Translations under genes and position numbers: made by a program
Virus record (IMG/VR): IMGVR_UViG_2802429222_000004
Length of the DNA stretch: 32,084 bases
Strand: one strand, 5' to 3'
DNA from: a virus
Lineage: Duplodnaviria; Heunggongvirae; Uroviricota; Caudoviricetes
Shown here: positions 8,676-18,727 of the stretch, piece by piece
Layout: the number at the start of each line of letters is the position of its first letter
Position numbering within the stretch: the first letter of the stretch is position 1
Notes under the pieces: model-generated
Told to the model about the DNA's origin: nothing
The model's database searches: none
The model's input: only the letters and a program-made list of their open reading frames with translations

Positions 8676-8814
8676 TGCGCGCTGGCGGTGGTGCGGATTT
8701 TATTTTTTCAGCGTCTGAGCGCGTCGTGACGGCGTTTAGATTGTGCGCCGGGGCATTGGTGTGTCTGCGGGGTGTTTTGTGCGGTGGTGAGCGTGTGAGG
8801 TCGTGATGACGGGA

Positions 8815-8839
8815 TATAAAAAAGCCGCCCGCAGGCGGC
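8815..8839 (-). terminator. Rho-independent terminator after Q
   Basis: On the minus strand: GCCGCC-TGCG-GGCGGC hairpin followed by TTTTTT, immediately downstream of the Q stop. Confidence 0.7.
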
Positions 8840-8844
8840 GATGT

Positions 8845-9879
8845 TCAGCCGTTGTCAGTGTCCAGTGAGTAGTTTTTAAAGCGGATGACCTCCTGACCGA
8901 GCCAGCCGTTTATCTCGCGGATCCTGTCCTGTAACGGGATAAGCTCATTGCGGACAAAGACCTTTGCCACTTTCTCAATATCGCCCAGTGACCCGACGTT
9001 CTCCGGCTTGCCCCCCATCAACTGAAAGGGGATGCGGTGCGCGTCCAGCAGGTCAGCGGCGCTGACTTTTTTGATATTAAAAAAATCGTCCTTCGTTGCC
9101 ACTTCACTGAGCGGGATAATTTTAATGCCGTCGGCTTTTCCCTGTGGGGCGTAGAGAAACAGGTTTTTAAAGTTGTTGCGGCCTTTCGACTTAACCATGT
9201 TTTCGCGAAGCATTTCGATATCATTGCGATCCTGCACGGCATCGGTGACGTACATGATGTATCCGGCATGTGCGCCATTTTCGTAATACTTGCGGCGGAA
9301 CAGCGTGGCCGACTCATTCAGCCAGGCAGAGTTAAGGGCGCTGAGATATTCCGGCAGGCCGTACAGCTCCTGATTAATATCCGGCTCCAGCAGGTGAAAC
9401 ACGGAGCCGGTCGCGAAGGCTGTCGGCTCGTTGAAGGACGGCACCCACCAGTAAACATCCTCCTCCACGCCACGGCGGGTATATTTTGCCGGTGAGGTTT
9501 CCAGTCTGATGACCTTACCGGTGGTGCTGTAACGCTTTTCCAGAAACGCATTGCCGAACACCAGAAAATCCAGCACAAAGCGGCTGAAATCCTGCTGGGA
9601 AAGCCACGGGTGCGGGATAAACGTTGAAGCCAGAATATTGCGTTTAACGTAAATCGGCGAGCTGTGATGCACGGCAGCACGCAGGCTTTTTGCCAGACCG
9701 GTAAAGCTGACCGGCGGTTCATACCATCTGCCGTTACTGATGCACTCGACGTAATCCAGAATGTCACGGCGGTCGAGTACCGGCACCGGCTCACCAAAGG
9801 TGAATGCCTCCATTTTCGGGGCGCTGGCGGTCATTTTTTTTGCCGCAGGTTGCGGTGTTTTCCCTTTTTTCTTGCTCAT
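8845..9879 (-). CDS. Q: Portal protein Q (344 aa)
   Basis: 344 aa, the same length as P2 Q. Leftward, adjacent to cos, overlapping the terminase gene by 1 nt. Confidence 0.9.
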   Translation of the reverse strand: MSKKKGKTPQPAAKKMTASAPKMEAFTFGEPVPVLDRRDILDYVECISNGRWYEPPVSFTGLAKSLRAAVHHSSPIYVKRNILASTFIPHPWLSQQDFSRFVLDFLVFGNAFLEKRYSTTGKVIRLETSPAKYTRRGVEEDVYWWVPSFNEPTAFATGSVFHLLEPDINQELYGLPEYLSALNSAWLNESATLFRRKYYENGAHAGYIMYVTDAVQDRNDIEMLRENMVKSKGRNNFKNLFLYAPQGKADGIKIIPLSEVATKDDFFNIKKVSAADLLDAHRIPFQLMGGKPENVGSLGDIEKVAKVFVRNELIPLQDRIREINGWLGQEVIRFKNYSLDTDNG

Positions 9880-11651
9880 CAGTAAAACTCCAGAATGGTG
9901 GATGTCAGCGGGGTGCTGATACCGGCGGTGAGTGGCTCATTTAACAGGGCGTGCATGGTCGCCCAGGCGAGGTCGGCGTGGCTGGCTTCCTCGCTGCGGC
10001 TGGCCTCATAGGTGGCGCTGCGTCCGCTGCTGGTCATGGTCTTGCGGATAGCCATGAACGAGCTGGTGATGTCGGTGGCGCTGACGTCATATTCCAGACA
10101 GCCACGGCGGATAACGTCTTTTGCCTTGAGCACCATTGCGGTTTTCATTTCCGGCGTGTAGCGGATATCGCGCGCGGCAGGATAGAACGAGCGCACGAGC
10201 TGGAACACGCCGACACCGAGGCCGGTGGCATCAATACCGATGTATTCGACGTTATATTTTTCGGTGAGTTTGCGGATGGATTCAGCCTGGGTGGCAAAGT
10301 CCATGCCTTTCCACTGGTGACGCTCAAGTATTCTGAATTTACCTCCGGCCACCACCGGCGGTGCCAGCACCACGCATCCGGCGCTGTCGCCACGGTGTGA
10401 CGGGTCGTAACCAATCCATACCGGGCGGGAGCCGAACGGATTGGCGGCAAACGGCGCATAGTCTTCCCATTCTTCCAGCGTGTCGACCATGCAGCGTTGC
10501 AGCTCCTCGAACGGGAACACCGACGCCTTGTCGTCAACAAATTCACACATGAACAGGTTTTTAAAATCGTCGGCGCTGTTTTCGCGTTTAAGCTGCTCAA
10601 TGTCGAAGAGCGTGCAGCCGCCTTTCAGGGCGTCCTCAATGGTGACAATCTGCCGCCACTGGCCGTCCGCACAGAGAAGCCCACCGGCAAGGGCGTTATG
10701 ACTGACGTCGATTTCCACGCGTTCAGCGGCGCTGGCGCGTCCCCGGTTAAACAGTTCACCCGACCAGAACGGGTAGGCGTCGTGCGCCAGCGTGGACGGG
10801 GTGGAGAAATAGGTCGAGCGCAGGTGACTCTGTGAGGCCATACCAGATGCCACCTTACGCAGCACCTGAAAATTCGGGATCCAGAAAATCTCGTCGACGT
10901 ACAGGTCGCCGTTATGGCTCTGTGCGGTGTTGGAGTTGGTGCCGAGAAAAATCAGTTTTGCGCCGTTATTGCCCAGGACAATCGGGTCACCGGTCAGGTC
11001 AACGTCAACCAGACGGGCAAAGGCGATGATGTATTCACGGAACACATACGCCTGCGTTTTACTGGCCGACAGAAAAATCTGGTTATGACCGGTTTTCAGG
11101 GCACGCAGCAGCGCCTCGCGGGAGAAATAAAACGTTGCGCCAATCTGGCGGGATTTCAGGATATCGCGGATGCGGTGCTCAAGCCCGGCGCGATACCAGT
11201 GCAACTGATAGTCGAAAGACTGCTCAAAGAAAATCTGCTCCAGCTTTTCGATAGCCTCGTCACTGAAAAAATTCTTTTTCGGTTTGCGACGCCCGCCTTT
11301 GTTGCGGTTAGCGACGTTCGGATTAAGGTCTGCCTCGTTGCCGGTCTGGCTGTAGCGGTTTACCCGTGCCAGTCGTTCAATCTGGCGTCCCAGCAGGTCA
11401 ATTTCCTTGAAGTCACCGCCGGTTTTCTGCGGTTTGATGATGAGCTGGGTCAGCCGCGCTTCCAGACTCATTTCGACACGGCTGATGGGGGCAACGCTGT
11501 CCCAGCCGTCGCGCTGTTTCCAGCTCTGCACCGTCGGGCGTTTCATCTGCAACATGGCGGCAATCTGCGGCACGGAAAATCCCTGCCAGTACAGCAGCGC
11601 CGCCTGACGACGTGGGTCGTGTAAAAGAGTGGTGTCTGTGGTGATGGTCAT
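9879..11651 (-). CDS. P: Terminase large subunit P (590 aa from the internal ATG)
   Basis: Track ORF 9879..11681. Starting at the MTITTD methionine gives 590 aa, the same as P2 P. Divergent from O. Confidence 0.9.
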   Translation of the reverse strand: MTITTDTTLLHDPRRQAALLYWQGFSVPQIAAMLQMKRPTVQSWKQRDGWDSVAPISRVEMSLEARLTQLIIKPQKTGGDFKEIDLLGRQIERLARVNRYSQTGNEADLNPNVANRNKGGRRKPKKNFFSDEAIEKLEQIFFEQSFDYQLHWYRAGLEHRIRDILKSRQIGATFYFSREALLRALKTGHNQIFLSASKTQAYVFREYIIAFARLVDVDLTGDPIVLGNNGAKLIFLGTNSNTAQSHNGDLYVDEIFWIPNFQVLRKVASGMASQSHLRSTYFSTPSTLAHDAYPFWSGELFNRGRASAAERVEIDVSHNALAGGLLCADGQWRQIVTIEDALKGGCTLFDIEQLKRENSADDFKNLFMCEFVDDKASVFPFEELQRCMVDTLEEWEDYAPFAANPFGSRPVWIGYDPSHRGDSAGCVVLAPPVVAGGKFRILERHQWKGMDFATQAESIRKLTEKYNVEYIGIDATGLGVGVFQLVRSFYPAARDIRYTPEMKTAMVLKAKDVIRRGCLEYDVSATDITSSFMAIRKTMTSSGRSATYEASRSEEASHADLAWATMHALLNEPLTAGISTPLTSTILEFY

Positions 11652-11824
11652 GAATACCTCGCCGTGATGAATACACGGCAAGGCTACTGAGTCGCGCCCT
11701 GCGATTCGCTAAGGTGCTGTTGTGTCAGTGATAAGCCATCCGGGACTGATGGCGGAGGATGCGCATCGTCGGGAAACTGATGCCGACATGTGACTCCTCT
11801 AATCACTATTCAGGACTCCTGACA

Positions 11825-12679
11825 ATGGCAAAAAAAGTCTCAAAATTCTTTCGTATCGGCGTTGAGGGTGACACCTGTGACGGGCGTGTCATCAGTGCGC
11901 AGGATATTCAGGAAATGGCCGAAACCTTTGACCCGCGCGTCTATGGTTGCCGCATTAACCTGGAACATCTGCGCGGCATCCTGCCTGACGGTATTTTTAA
12001 GCGTTATGGCGATGTGGTCGAACTGAAGGCCGAAAAGATTGACGATGATTCGGCGCTGAAAGGCAAATGGGCGCTGTTTGCGAAAATCACCCCGACCGAT
12101 GACCTTATCGCGATGAACAAGGCCGCGCAGAAGGTCTACACCTCAATGGAAATTCAGCCGAACTTTGCCAACACCGGCAAATGTTATCTGGTGGGGCTGG
12201 CCGTCACCGATGACCCGGCAAGCCTCGGCACGGAATATCTGGAATTCTGCCGCACGGCAAAACACAACCCTCTGAACCGCTTCAAATTAAGCCCTGAAAA
12301 TCTGATTTCAGTGGCAACGCCCGTTGAGCTGGAATTTGAAGACCTGCCTGAAACCGTGTTCACCGCCCTGACCGAAAAGGTGAAATCCATTTTTGGCCGC
12401 AAACAGGCCAGCGATGACGCCCGTCTGAATGACGTGCATGAAGCGGTGACCGCTGTTGCTGAACATGTGCAGGAAAAACTGAGCGCCACTGAGCAGCGCC
12501 TCGCTGAGATGGAAAACGCCTTTTCCGCACTTAAGCAGGATGTGACTGACAGGGCGGATGAAACCAGTCAGGCATTCACCCGCCTGAAAAACAGTCTCGA
12601 CCACACCGAAAGTCTGACCCAGCAGCGCCGCAGCAAGGCCACCGGTGGTGGCGGTGACGCCCTGATGACGAACTGCTGA
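11825..12679 (+). CDS. O: Capsid scaffold protein O (284 aa)
   Basis: The internal ATG at 11825 (MAKKVSKF...) gives 284 aa, the same as P2 O. Coiled-coil-like C-terminus. Confidence 0.85.
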   Translation: MAKKVSKFFRIGVEGDTCDGRVISAQDIQEMAETFDPRVYGCRINLEHLRGILPDGIFKRYGDVVELKAEKIDDDSALKGKWALFAKITPTDDLIAMNKAAQKVYTSMEIQPNFANTGKCYLVGLAVTDDPASLGTEYLEFCRTAKHNPLNRFKLSPENLISVATPVELEFEDLPETVFTALTEKVKSIFGRKQASDDARLNDVHEAVTAVAEHVQEKLSATEQRLAEMENAFSALKQDVTDRADETSQAFTRLKNSLDHTESLTQQRRSKATGGGGDALMTNC

Positions 12680-12737
12680 CCGGCGTCAGTCAGTCCGGGA
12701 AAACCTTCACGATTAACCCTTAATTTCAGGAAAAACT

Positions 12738-13811
12738 ATGCGCCAGGAAACCCGCTTTAAATTTAATGCCTACCTGTCCCGTGTTGCCGAACTGAACGGC
12801 ATCGACGCCGGTGATGTGTCGAAAAAATTCACCGTTGAACCGTCGGTCACCCAGACCCTGATGAACACCATGCAGGAGTCCTCTGACTTTCTGACCCGCA
12901 TCAACATTGTGCCGGTCAGCGAAATGAAAGGGGAAAAAATTGGTATCGGTGTCACCGGCTCCATCGCCAGCACCACCGACACCGCCGGTGGCACCGAGCG
13001 TCAGCCGAAGGACTTCTCGAAGCTGGCGTCAAACAAGTACGAATGCGACCAGATTAACTTCGATTTTTATATCCGCTACAAAACGCTTGACCTGTGGGCG
13101 CGTTATCAGGATTTCCAGCTCCGTATCCGTAACGCCATTATCAAACGCCAGTCCCTTGATTTCATCATGGCCGGTTTTAACGGCGTGAAGCGTGCCGAAA
13201 CCTCTGACCGCAACAGCAATCCGATGCTGCAGGATGTGGCGGTCGGCTGGCTGCAGAAATACCGCAATGAAGCCCCGGCGCGCGTGATGAGCAAGGTCAC
13301 TGACGAGGAAGGGCACACCACCTCTGAGGTCATCCGCGTGGGTAAGGGCGGTGATTATGCCAGCCTCGATGCACTGGTGATGGATGCGACCAACAACCTG
13401 ATTGAACCGTGGTATCAGGAAGACCCTGACCTTGTGGTGATTGTGGGACGTCAGCTACTGGCGGACAAGTATTTCCCCATCGTTAACAAGGAACAGGACA
13501 ACAGCGAAATGCTGGCCGCTGACGTCATCATCAGCCAGAAACGCATCGGTAACCTGCCGGCGGTGCGCGTCCCGTACTTCCCGGCGGATGCGATGCTCAT
13601 CACGAAGCTGGAAAACCTGTCCATCTACTACATGGATGACAGCCATCGCCGCGTGATTGTGGAAAACCCGAAACTCGACCGCGTGGAGAACTACGAGTCA
13701 ATGAACATTGATTACGTGGTGGAAGACTACGCCGCCGGTTGTCTGGTGGAAAAAATCAAGGTCGGTGATTTCTCCACACCGGCTAAGGCGACCGCAGAGC
13801 CGGGAGCGTAA
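12738..13811 (+). CDS. N: Major capsid protein N (357 aa)
   Basis: 357 aa, the same as P2 N, in the O-N-M order. Confidence 0.9.
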   Translation: MRQETRFKFNAYLSRVAELNGIDAGDVSKKFTVEPSVTQTLMNTMQESSDFLTRINIVPVSEMKGEKIGIGVTGSIASTTDTAGGTERQPKDFSKLASNKYECDQINFDFYIRYKTLDLWARYQDFQLRIRNAIIKRQSLDFIMAGFNGVKRAETSDRNSNPMLQDVAVGWLQKYRNEAPARVMSKVTDEEGHTTSEVIRVGKGGDYASLDALVMDATNNLIEPWYQEDPDLVVIVGRQLLADKYFPIVNKEQDNSEMLAADVIISQKRIGNLPAVRVPYFPADAMLITKLENLSIYYMDDSHRRVIVENPKLDRVENYESMNIDYVVEDYAAGCLVEKIKVGDFSTPAKATAEPGA

Positions 13812-13814
13812 CCG

Positions 13815-14558
13815 ATGACGAGTCCCGCACAGCGCCACATGATGCGGGTCTCGGCAGCGATGACCGCGCAGCGGGAAGCCGCCCCGCTGCGACATGCAAC
13901 TGTCTATGAGCAGATGCTGGTTAAGCTGGCCGCAGACCAGCGCACACTGAAAGCGATTTATTCAAAAGAGCTGAAGGCCGCGAAAAAACGCGAACTGCTG
14001 CCGTTCTGGTTGCCGTGGGTGAACGGCGTGCTGGAGCAGGGCAAAGGTGCACAGGATGACATTCTGATGACGGTCATGCTGTGGCGTCTGGATACCGGCG
14101 ATATTGCCGGTGCGCTGGAGATTGCCCGTTATGCCCTGAAGTACGGTCTGACCATGCCGGGTAAACACCGCCGCACCCCGCCGTACATGTTCACCGAGGA
14201 GGTGGCGCTCGCGGCCATGCGCGCCCACGCTGCCGGTGAGTCTGTGGATACCCGCCTGCTGACGGAGACCCTTGCACTGACCGCCACGGCAGACATGCCT
14301 GATGAAGTGCGCGCAAAGCTGCACAAAATCACCGGTCTGTTTCTGCGTGACGCTGGTGATGCCGCCGGTGCGCTGGCTCACCTGCAACGTGCGACACAGC
14401 TCGACTGTCAGGCAGGCGTCAAAAAAGAGATTGAACGACTGGAGCGGGAGCTGAAACCGAAGCCGGAGCCGCAGCCCAAAGCGGCCACCCGCGCCCCGCG
14501 TAAGACCCGGAGCGTGACACCGGCAAAACGTGGACGCCCGAAAAAGAAAGCCAGTTAA
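13815..14558 (+). CDS. M: Terminase small subunit / endonuclease M (247 aa)
   Basis: 247 aa, the same as P2 M. Basic C-terminal tail (KRGRPKKK). Confidence 0.85.
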   Translation: MTSPAQRHMMRVSAAMTAQREAAPLRHATVYEQMLVKLAADQRTLKAIYSKELKAAKKRELLPFWLPWVNGVLEQGKGAQDDILMTVMLWRLDTGDIAGALEIARYALKYGLTMPGKHRRTPPYMFTEEVALAAMRAHAAGESVDTRLLTETLALTATADMPDEVRAKLHKITGLFLRDAGDAAGALAHLQRATQLDCQAGVKKEIERLERELKPKPEPQPKAATRAPRKTRSVTPAKRGRPKKKAS

Positions 14559-14657
14559 CAACCGAATGCGCCCCGCGCCAGGGCGGCACGCCGGTCAGTG
14601 AGGGTGAATCACCTGACACTGCACCAGCGTCCACCGCCCGACTTTTCAGAGGTAGTC

Positions 14658-15167
14658 ATGATGACGCTGATTATTCCGCGAAAGGAGGCTCCCGTGTCCG
14701 GTGAGGGTACGGTGGTCATCCCGCAACCGGCAGGCGACGAGCCGGTGATTAAAAACACGTTCTTTTTTCCCGATATCGACCCGAAGCGCGTCCGGGAACG
14801 TATGCGCCTTGAGCAGACCGTCGCCCCCGCCCGTCTGCGTGAGGCCATCAAGTCAGGCATGGCGGAGACGAATGCGGAGCTGTACGAGTACCGCGAACAG
14901 AAAATTGCCGCCGGTTTTACGCGTCTGGCGGAAGTCCCGGCGGACGACATCGACGGTGAAAGCATCAAAGTTTTTTACTACGAGCGCGCCGTGTGTGCGA
15001 TGGCGACCGCATCGCTTTATGAGCGTTATCGCGGCGTGGATGCCAGTGCCAAAGGCGACAAGAAGGCCGACAGCATTGACAGCACCATTGATGAGCTGTG
15101 GCGGGATATGCGCTGGGCAGTGGCGCGAATCCAGGACAAGCCGCGCTGCATTGTGAGTCAAATCTGA
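14658..15167 (+). CDS. L: Head completion protein L (169 aa)
   Basis: The internal ATG at 14658 (MMTLIIPRK) gives 169 aa, the same as P2 L. Confidence 0.8.
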   Translation: MMTLIIPRKEAPVSGEGTVVIPQPAGDEPVIKNTFFFPDIDPKRVRERMRLEQTVAPARLREAIKSGMAETNAELYEYREQKIAAGFTRLAEVPADDIDGESIKVFYYERAVCAMATASLYERYRGVDASAKGDKKADSIDSTIDELWRDMRWAVARIQDKPRCIVSQI

Positions 15168-15370
15168 TGAAGACCTTTGCTCTACAGGGCGACACGCTCG
15201 ACGCCATCTGTGTCCGGTATTACGGGCGCACTGAGGGCGTGGTCGAGGCCGTGCTCGCCGCAAATCCGGGACTGGCTGAACTGGGTGCGGTGCTGCCGCA
15301 CGGCACCGCCGTCGAACTGCCCGACGTTCAGACCGCGCCCGTGGCTGAAACTGTCAATCTGTGGGAGTAA
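15167..15370 (+). CDS. X: Tail protein X (67 aa, LysM-like)
   Basis: The ATG at 15167 overlaps the L stop and gives 67 aa, the same as P2 X. Confidence 0.8.
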   Translation: MKTFALQGDTLDAICVRYYGRTEGVVEAVLAANPGLAELGAVLPHGTAVELPDVQTAPVAETVNLWE

Positions 15371-15373
15371 CGC

Positions 15374-15655
15374 ATGACAGCAGAAGAAAAAAGCGTCCTG
15401 TCGCTTTTCATGATTGGGGTGCTGATTGTTGTCGGCAAGGTGCTTGCCGGTGGTGAACCCATCACCCCGCGTCTGTTTATCGGGCGCATGTTGCTCGGTG
15501 GTTTTGTCTCGATGGTTGCCGGTGTTGTTCTGGTGCAGTTTCCTGACCTGTCACTGCCTGCGGTGTGCGGCATCGGCTCCATGCTGGGTATCGCCGGTTA
15601 TCAGGTGATTGAGATTGCCATTCAGCGCCGCTTTAAGGGCAGGGGGAAACAGTAA
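15374..15655 (+). CDS. Y: Holin Y (93 aa)
   Basis: 93 aa with hydrophobic transmembrane segments, directly upstream of the endolysin gene. Confidence 0.85.
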   Translation: MTAEEKSVLSLFMIGVLIVVGKVLAGGEPITPRLFIGRMLLGGFVSMVAGVVLVQFPDLSLPAVCGIGSMLGIAGYQVIEIAIQRRFKGRGKQ

Positions 15656-16152
15656 TGCCGGTAATTAACACGCATCAGAATATCGCTGCCTTTCTCGACA
15701 TGCTGGCCGTGTCCGAAGGGACGGCGAATCACCCGCTGACGAAAAACCGGGGCTATGACGTGATAGTCACCGGACTGGACGGGAAGCCGGAAATCTTCAC
15801 CGACTACAGTGACCACCCGTTCGCACATGGCCGACCGGCGAAGGTGTTTAACCGTCGCGGTGAAAAATCCACGGCCTCCGGTCGCTATCAGCAGCTTTAC
15901 CTGTTCTGGCCGCACTACCGCAAACAGCTTGCCCTGCCGGATTTCAGTCCGTTGTCGCAGGACAGACTCGCCATTCAGTTGATCCGCGAACGCGGTGCAC
16001 TGGATGACATCCGGGCGGGACGCATTGAGCGCGCCATTTCACGCTGTCGCAATATCTGGGCGTCCCTGCCGGGTGCCGGTTACGGTCAGCGTGAGCATTC
16101 ACTGGAAAAACTGGTCACCGTCTGGCGTACCGCTGGCGGCGTACCGGCTTAA
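15655..16152 (+). CDS. K: Endolysin K (165 aa)
   Basis: 165 aa, the same as P2 K, within the lysis cassette. Confidence 0.85.
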   Translation: MPVINTHQNIAAFLDMLAVSEGTANHPLTKNRGYDVIVTGLDGKPEIFTDYSDHPFAHGRPAKVFNRRGEKSTASGRYQQLYLFWPHYRKQLALPDFSPLSQDRLAIQLIRERGALDDIRAGRIERAISRCRNIWASLPGAGYGQREHSLEKLVTVWRTAGGVPA

Positions 16153-16166
16153 ACGGAGTAAACACC

Positions 16167-16592
16167 ATGAAGAAATTATCCCTTTCACTGATGCTGCACG
16201 TGTCGCTGGCGCTGATGCTGGCACTGTCCCTGATTTACCCGCAGAGCGTGGCCGTCAATTTTGTCGCTGCCTGGGCGATTCTGGCGACGGTTATCTGTGT
16301 GGTTGCCGGTGGTGTCGGCGTTTATGCCACTGAGTATGCGCTGGAACGCTACGGGCGGGAGCTGCCACCGGAGTCGCTGGCCGTGAAGATTGTCATGTCG
16401 CTGTTTTTGCAGCCGGTGCCGTGGTGCAGACGGGCGGCGGCTCTGGTGGTGATGGTGGCGACATTTATCTCGCTGGTCGCTGCCGGGTGGATTTTTACCG
16501 CGCTGATTTATCTCGTGGCGTCGGTGTTCTTCCGGCTGATACGTACGGCCTGCCGTCAACGTCTTGAGGGGCGGGAACCATGTCAAAGCTGA
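16167..16592 (+). CDS. lysA: Lysis timing membrane protein LysA (141 aa)
   Basis: 141 aa with multiple hydrophobic helices. Same size and position as P2 lysA. Confidence 0.8.
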   Translation: MKKLSLSLMLHVSLALMLALSLIYPQSVAVNFVAAWAILATVICVVAGGVGVYATEYALERYGRELPPESLAVKIVMSLFLQPVPWCRRAAALVVMVATFISLVAAGWIFTALIYLVASVFFRLIRTACRQRLEGREPCQS

Positions 16593-17005
16593 TGATTGTG
16601 CTGGTTGTGTTGTTATCGCTGGCGGTGGCGGGGCTGTTTCTGGCGAAGCATGAAAACGCCAGCCTGCGCGCCTCGCTGGACAGGGCAAACAATGTCGCCA
16701 GCGGGCAGCAGACGACCATCACCATGCTGAAAAACCAGCTTCATGTTGCCCTTACCAGGGCAGACAAAAACGAGCTGGCGCAGGTGGCACTGCGTCAGGA
16801 GCTGGAGAACGCCGCGAAGCGTGAAGCACAGCGCGAGAAAACCATCACGAGGTTACTGAATGAAAACGAAGATTTTCGCCGCTGGTACGGCGCTGACCTG
16901 CCTGATGCTGTGCGCCGGTTGCACCAGCGCCCGGCCTGCACTGACGCCAGTGATTGTCCACAACGCCTGCCCGAAAGTGAGCCTTTGCCCGATGCCGGGC
17001 AGTGA
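16580..17005 (+). CDS. lysB: LysB, Rz-like inner-membrane spanin (141 aa)
   Basis: N-terminal transmembrane segment followed by a charged, coiled-coil-like region. 141 aa as in P2. Confidence 0.8.
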   Translation: MSKLMIVLVVLLSLAVAGLFLAKHENASLRASLDRANNVASGQQTTITMLKNQLHVALTRADKNELAQVALRQELENAAKREAQREKTITRLLNENEDFRRWYGADLPDAVRRLHQRPACTDASDCPQRLPESEPLPDAGQ

Positions 17006-17150
17006 CCCGGAGACGAACGGTGATTTAAGTGCCGATATCCGGCAGCTTGAGAACGCGCTGGCACGCTGTGCCAGCCAGGTAAAAATGATTAAACACTGTC
17101 AGGACGAAAACGATGCTCAAACCCGACAGCCTGCGCAGGGCGCTGACTGA
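16860..17150 (+). CDS. lysC: LysC, Rz1-like outer-membrane lipoprotein spanin (96 aa)
   Basis: Signal peptide with lipobox LCAGC. Starts inside lysB in another frame and runs past its end. 96 aa as in P2. Confidence 0.75.
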   Translation: MKTKIFAAGTALTCLMLCAGCTSARPALTPVIVHNACPKVSLCPMPGSDPETNGDLSADIRQLENALARCASQVKMIKHCQDENDAQTRQPAQGAD

Positions 17151-17580
17151 TGCCGTCACGGTGCTGAAAACCAGTCCCGAGATGCTGCGGATATTCGTGG
17201 ATAACGGGAGTATTGCCTCCACACTGGCGGCGTCGTTGTCATTCGAAAAGCGTTACACGCTCAATGTCATTGTGACCGACTTTACCGGTGATTTTGACCT
17301 GCTCATCGTGCCGGTGCTGGCGTGGCTGCGGGAAAATCAGCCCGACATCATGACCACCGACGCAGGCCAGAAAAAGGGCTTCACGTTTTATGCAGACATC
17401 AACAATGACAGCAGCTTTGATATCAGTATCAGCCTGATGCTGACCGAGCGCACGCTGGTCAGTGAGGTGGACGGCGCACTGCATGTGAAGAATATCCCGG
17501 AACCTCCGCCGCCGGAGCCGGTCACCCGCCCGATGGAGCTTTATATCAATGGCGAACTGGTGAGCAAGTGGGATGAATGA
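17113..17580 (+). CDS. R: Tail completion protein R (155 aa)
   Basis: 155 aa, matching P2 R in size and position. Confidence 0.85.
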   Translation: MLKPDSLRRALTDAVTVLKTSPEMLRIFVDNGSIASTLAASLSFEKRYTLNVIVTDFTGDFDLLIVPVLAWLRENQPDIMTTDAGQKKGFTFYADINNDSSFDISISLMLTERTLVSEVDGALHVKNIPEPPPPEPVTRPMELYINGELVSKWDE

Positions 17581-18025
17581 GTTTAAGCGTTTTGAAGACC
17601 GGCTGACCGGACTTATTGAGTCGCTGTCACCGTCAGGGCGTCGGCGACTGAGTGCCGAACTGGCGAAACGCCTGCGGCAGAGTCAGCAGCGTCGGGTGAT
17701 GGCACAGAAAGCTCCGGACGGCACACCCTATGCGCCACGCCAGCAGCAGAGCGCCAGAAAAAAGACCGGTCGCGTTAAGCGAAAAATGTTTGCGAAACTT
17801 ATCACCAGTCGTTTTTTGCATATCCGCGCCAGCCCTGAACAGGCATCAATGGAGTTTTACGGCGGGAAGTCACCGAAAATCGCCAGTGTGCATCAGTTTG
17901 GTCTGTCGGAAGAAACCCGGAAAGACGGTAAGAAAATTGATTATCCTGCGCGTCCTCTGCTCGGCTTTACCGGTGAGGATGTGCAGATGATTGAAGAGAT
18001 TATCCTGGCTCACCTCGACCGTTAG
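17573..18025 (+). CDS. S: Tail completion protein S (150 aa)
   Basis: 150 aa, matching P2 S in size and position. Confidence 0.85.
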   Translation: MNEFKRFEDRLTGLIESLSPSGRRRLSAELAKRLRQSQQRRVMAQKAPDGTPYAPRQQQSARKKTGRVKRKMFAKLITSRFLHIRASPEQASMEFYGGKSPKIASVHQFGLSEETRKDGKKIDYPARPLLGFTGEDVQMIEEIILAHLDR

Positions 18026-18091
18026 TTGTGCCATTCCCGACACCTCATCGTCACATTGCCGCCGGTATGACCCGGCGGCATCCTTCCCGTT

Positions 18092-18727
18092 ATGAACACT
18101 CTCGCAAATATTCAGGAACTCGCGCGCGCACTGCGCAACATGATTCGCACCGGCGTTATCGTCGAAACCGACCTTAACGCCGGTCGCTGCCGTGTGCAGA
18201 CCGGCGGCATGTGTACCGACTGGCTGCAGTGGCTGACCCATCGCGCCGGTCGTTCGCGCACATGGTGGGCACCTTCCGTGGGGGAACAGGTGCTGATTCT
18301 GTCCGTGGGCGGTGAACTCGACACGGCGTTTGTTCTGCCGGGGATTTATTCCGGCGATAATCCCGCGCCGTCTGCGTCGGCGGATGCCCTGCATATCCGT
18401 TTCCCTGACGGGGCGGTGATTGAGTATGAACCCGAAACCAGTGCGCTCACGGTAAGCGGAATTAAAACGGCCAGCGTGACGGCTTCCGGTTCTGTTACTG
18501 CCACTGTGCCGGTGGTCATGGTGAAAGCGTCAACCCGCATCACCCTGGACACACCGGAGGTGGTCTGCACCAACAGGCTGATTACCGGCACGCTGGAAGT
18601 GCAGAAGGGCGGGACGATGCGCGGCAACATTGAACACACCGGCGGTGAACTCTCATCAAACGGTAAGGTACTGCATACCCATAAACACCCCGGCGACAGC
18701 GGCGGCACAACCGGGAGTCCTCTATGA
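18092..18727 (+). CDS. V: Baseplate spike protein V (211 aa)
   Basis: 211 aa, matching P2 V, first gene of the V-W-J-I baseplate block. Confidence 0.85.
   Translation: MNTLANIQELARALRNMIRTGVIVETDLNAGRCRVQTGGMCTDWLQWLTHRAGRSRTWWAPSVGEQVLILSVGGELDTAFVLPGIYSGDNPAPSASADALHIRFPDGAVIEYEPETSALTVSGIKTASVTASGSVTATVPVVMVKASTRITLDTPEVVCTNRLITGTLEVQKGGTMRGNIEHTGGELSSNGKVLHTHKHPGDSGGTTGSPL

Noticed and set aside
9018-11676. Many 60-240-aa ORFs on the plus strand or in alternate frames within the Q and P genes (for example 9037..9495, 10914..11624)
   Set aside because: These are shadow ORFs of GC-rich coding DNA. Q and P match P2 portal and terminase lengths exactly, so the overlapping frames are not credible genes.
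12184-15915. Antisense ORFs within capsid, terminase-small, L and lysis genes (for example 13962..14561, 14853..15263, 15622..15915)
   Set aside because: Antisense to a conserved, size-matched P2 structural operon in high-GC DNA. Rejected as noise.
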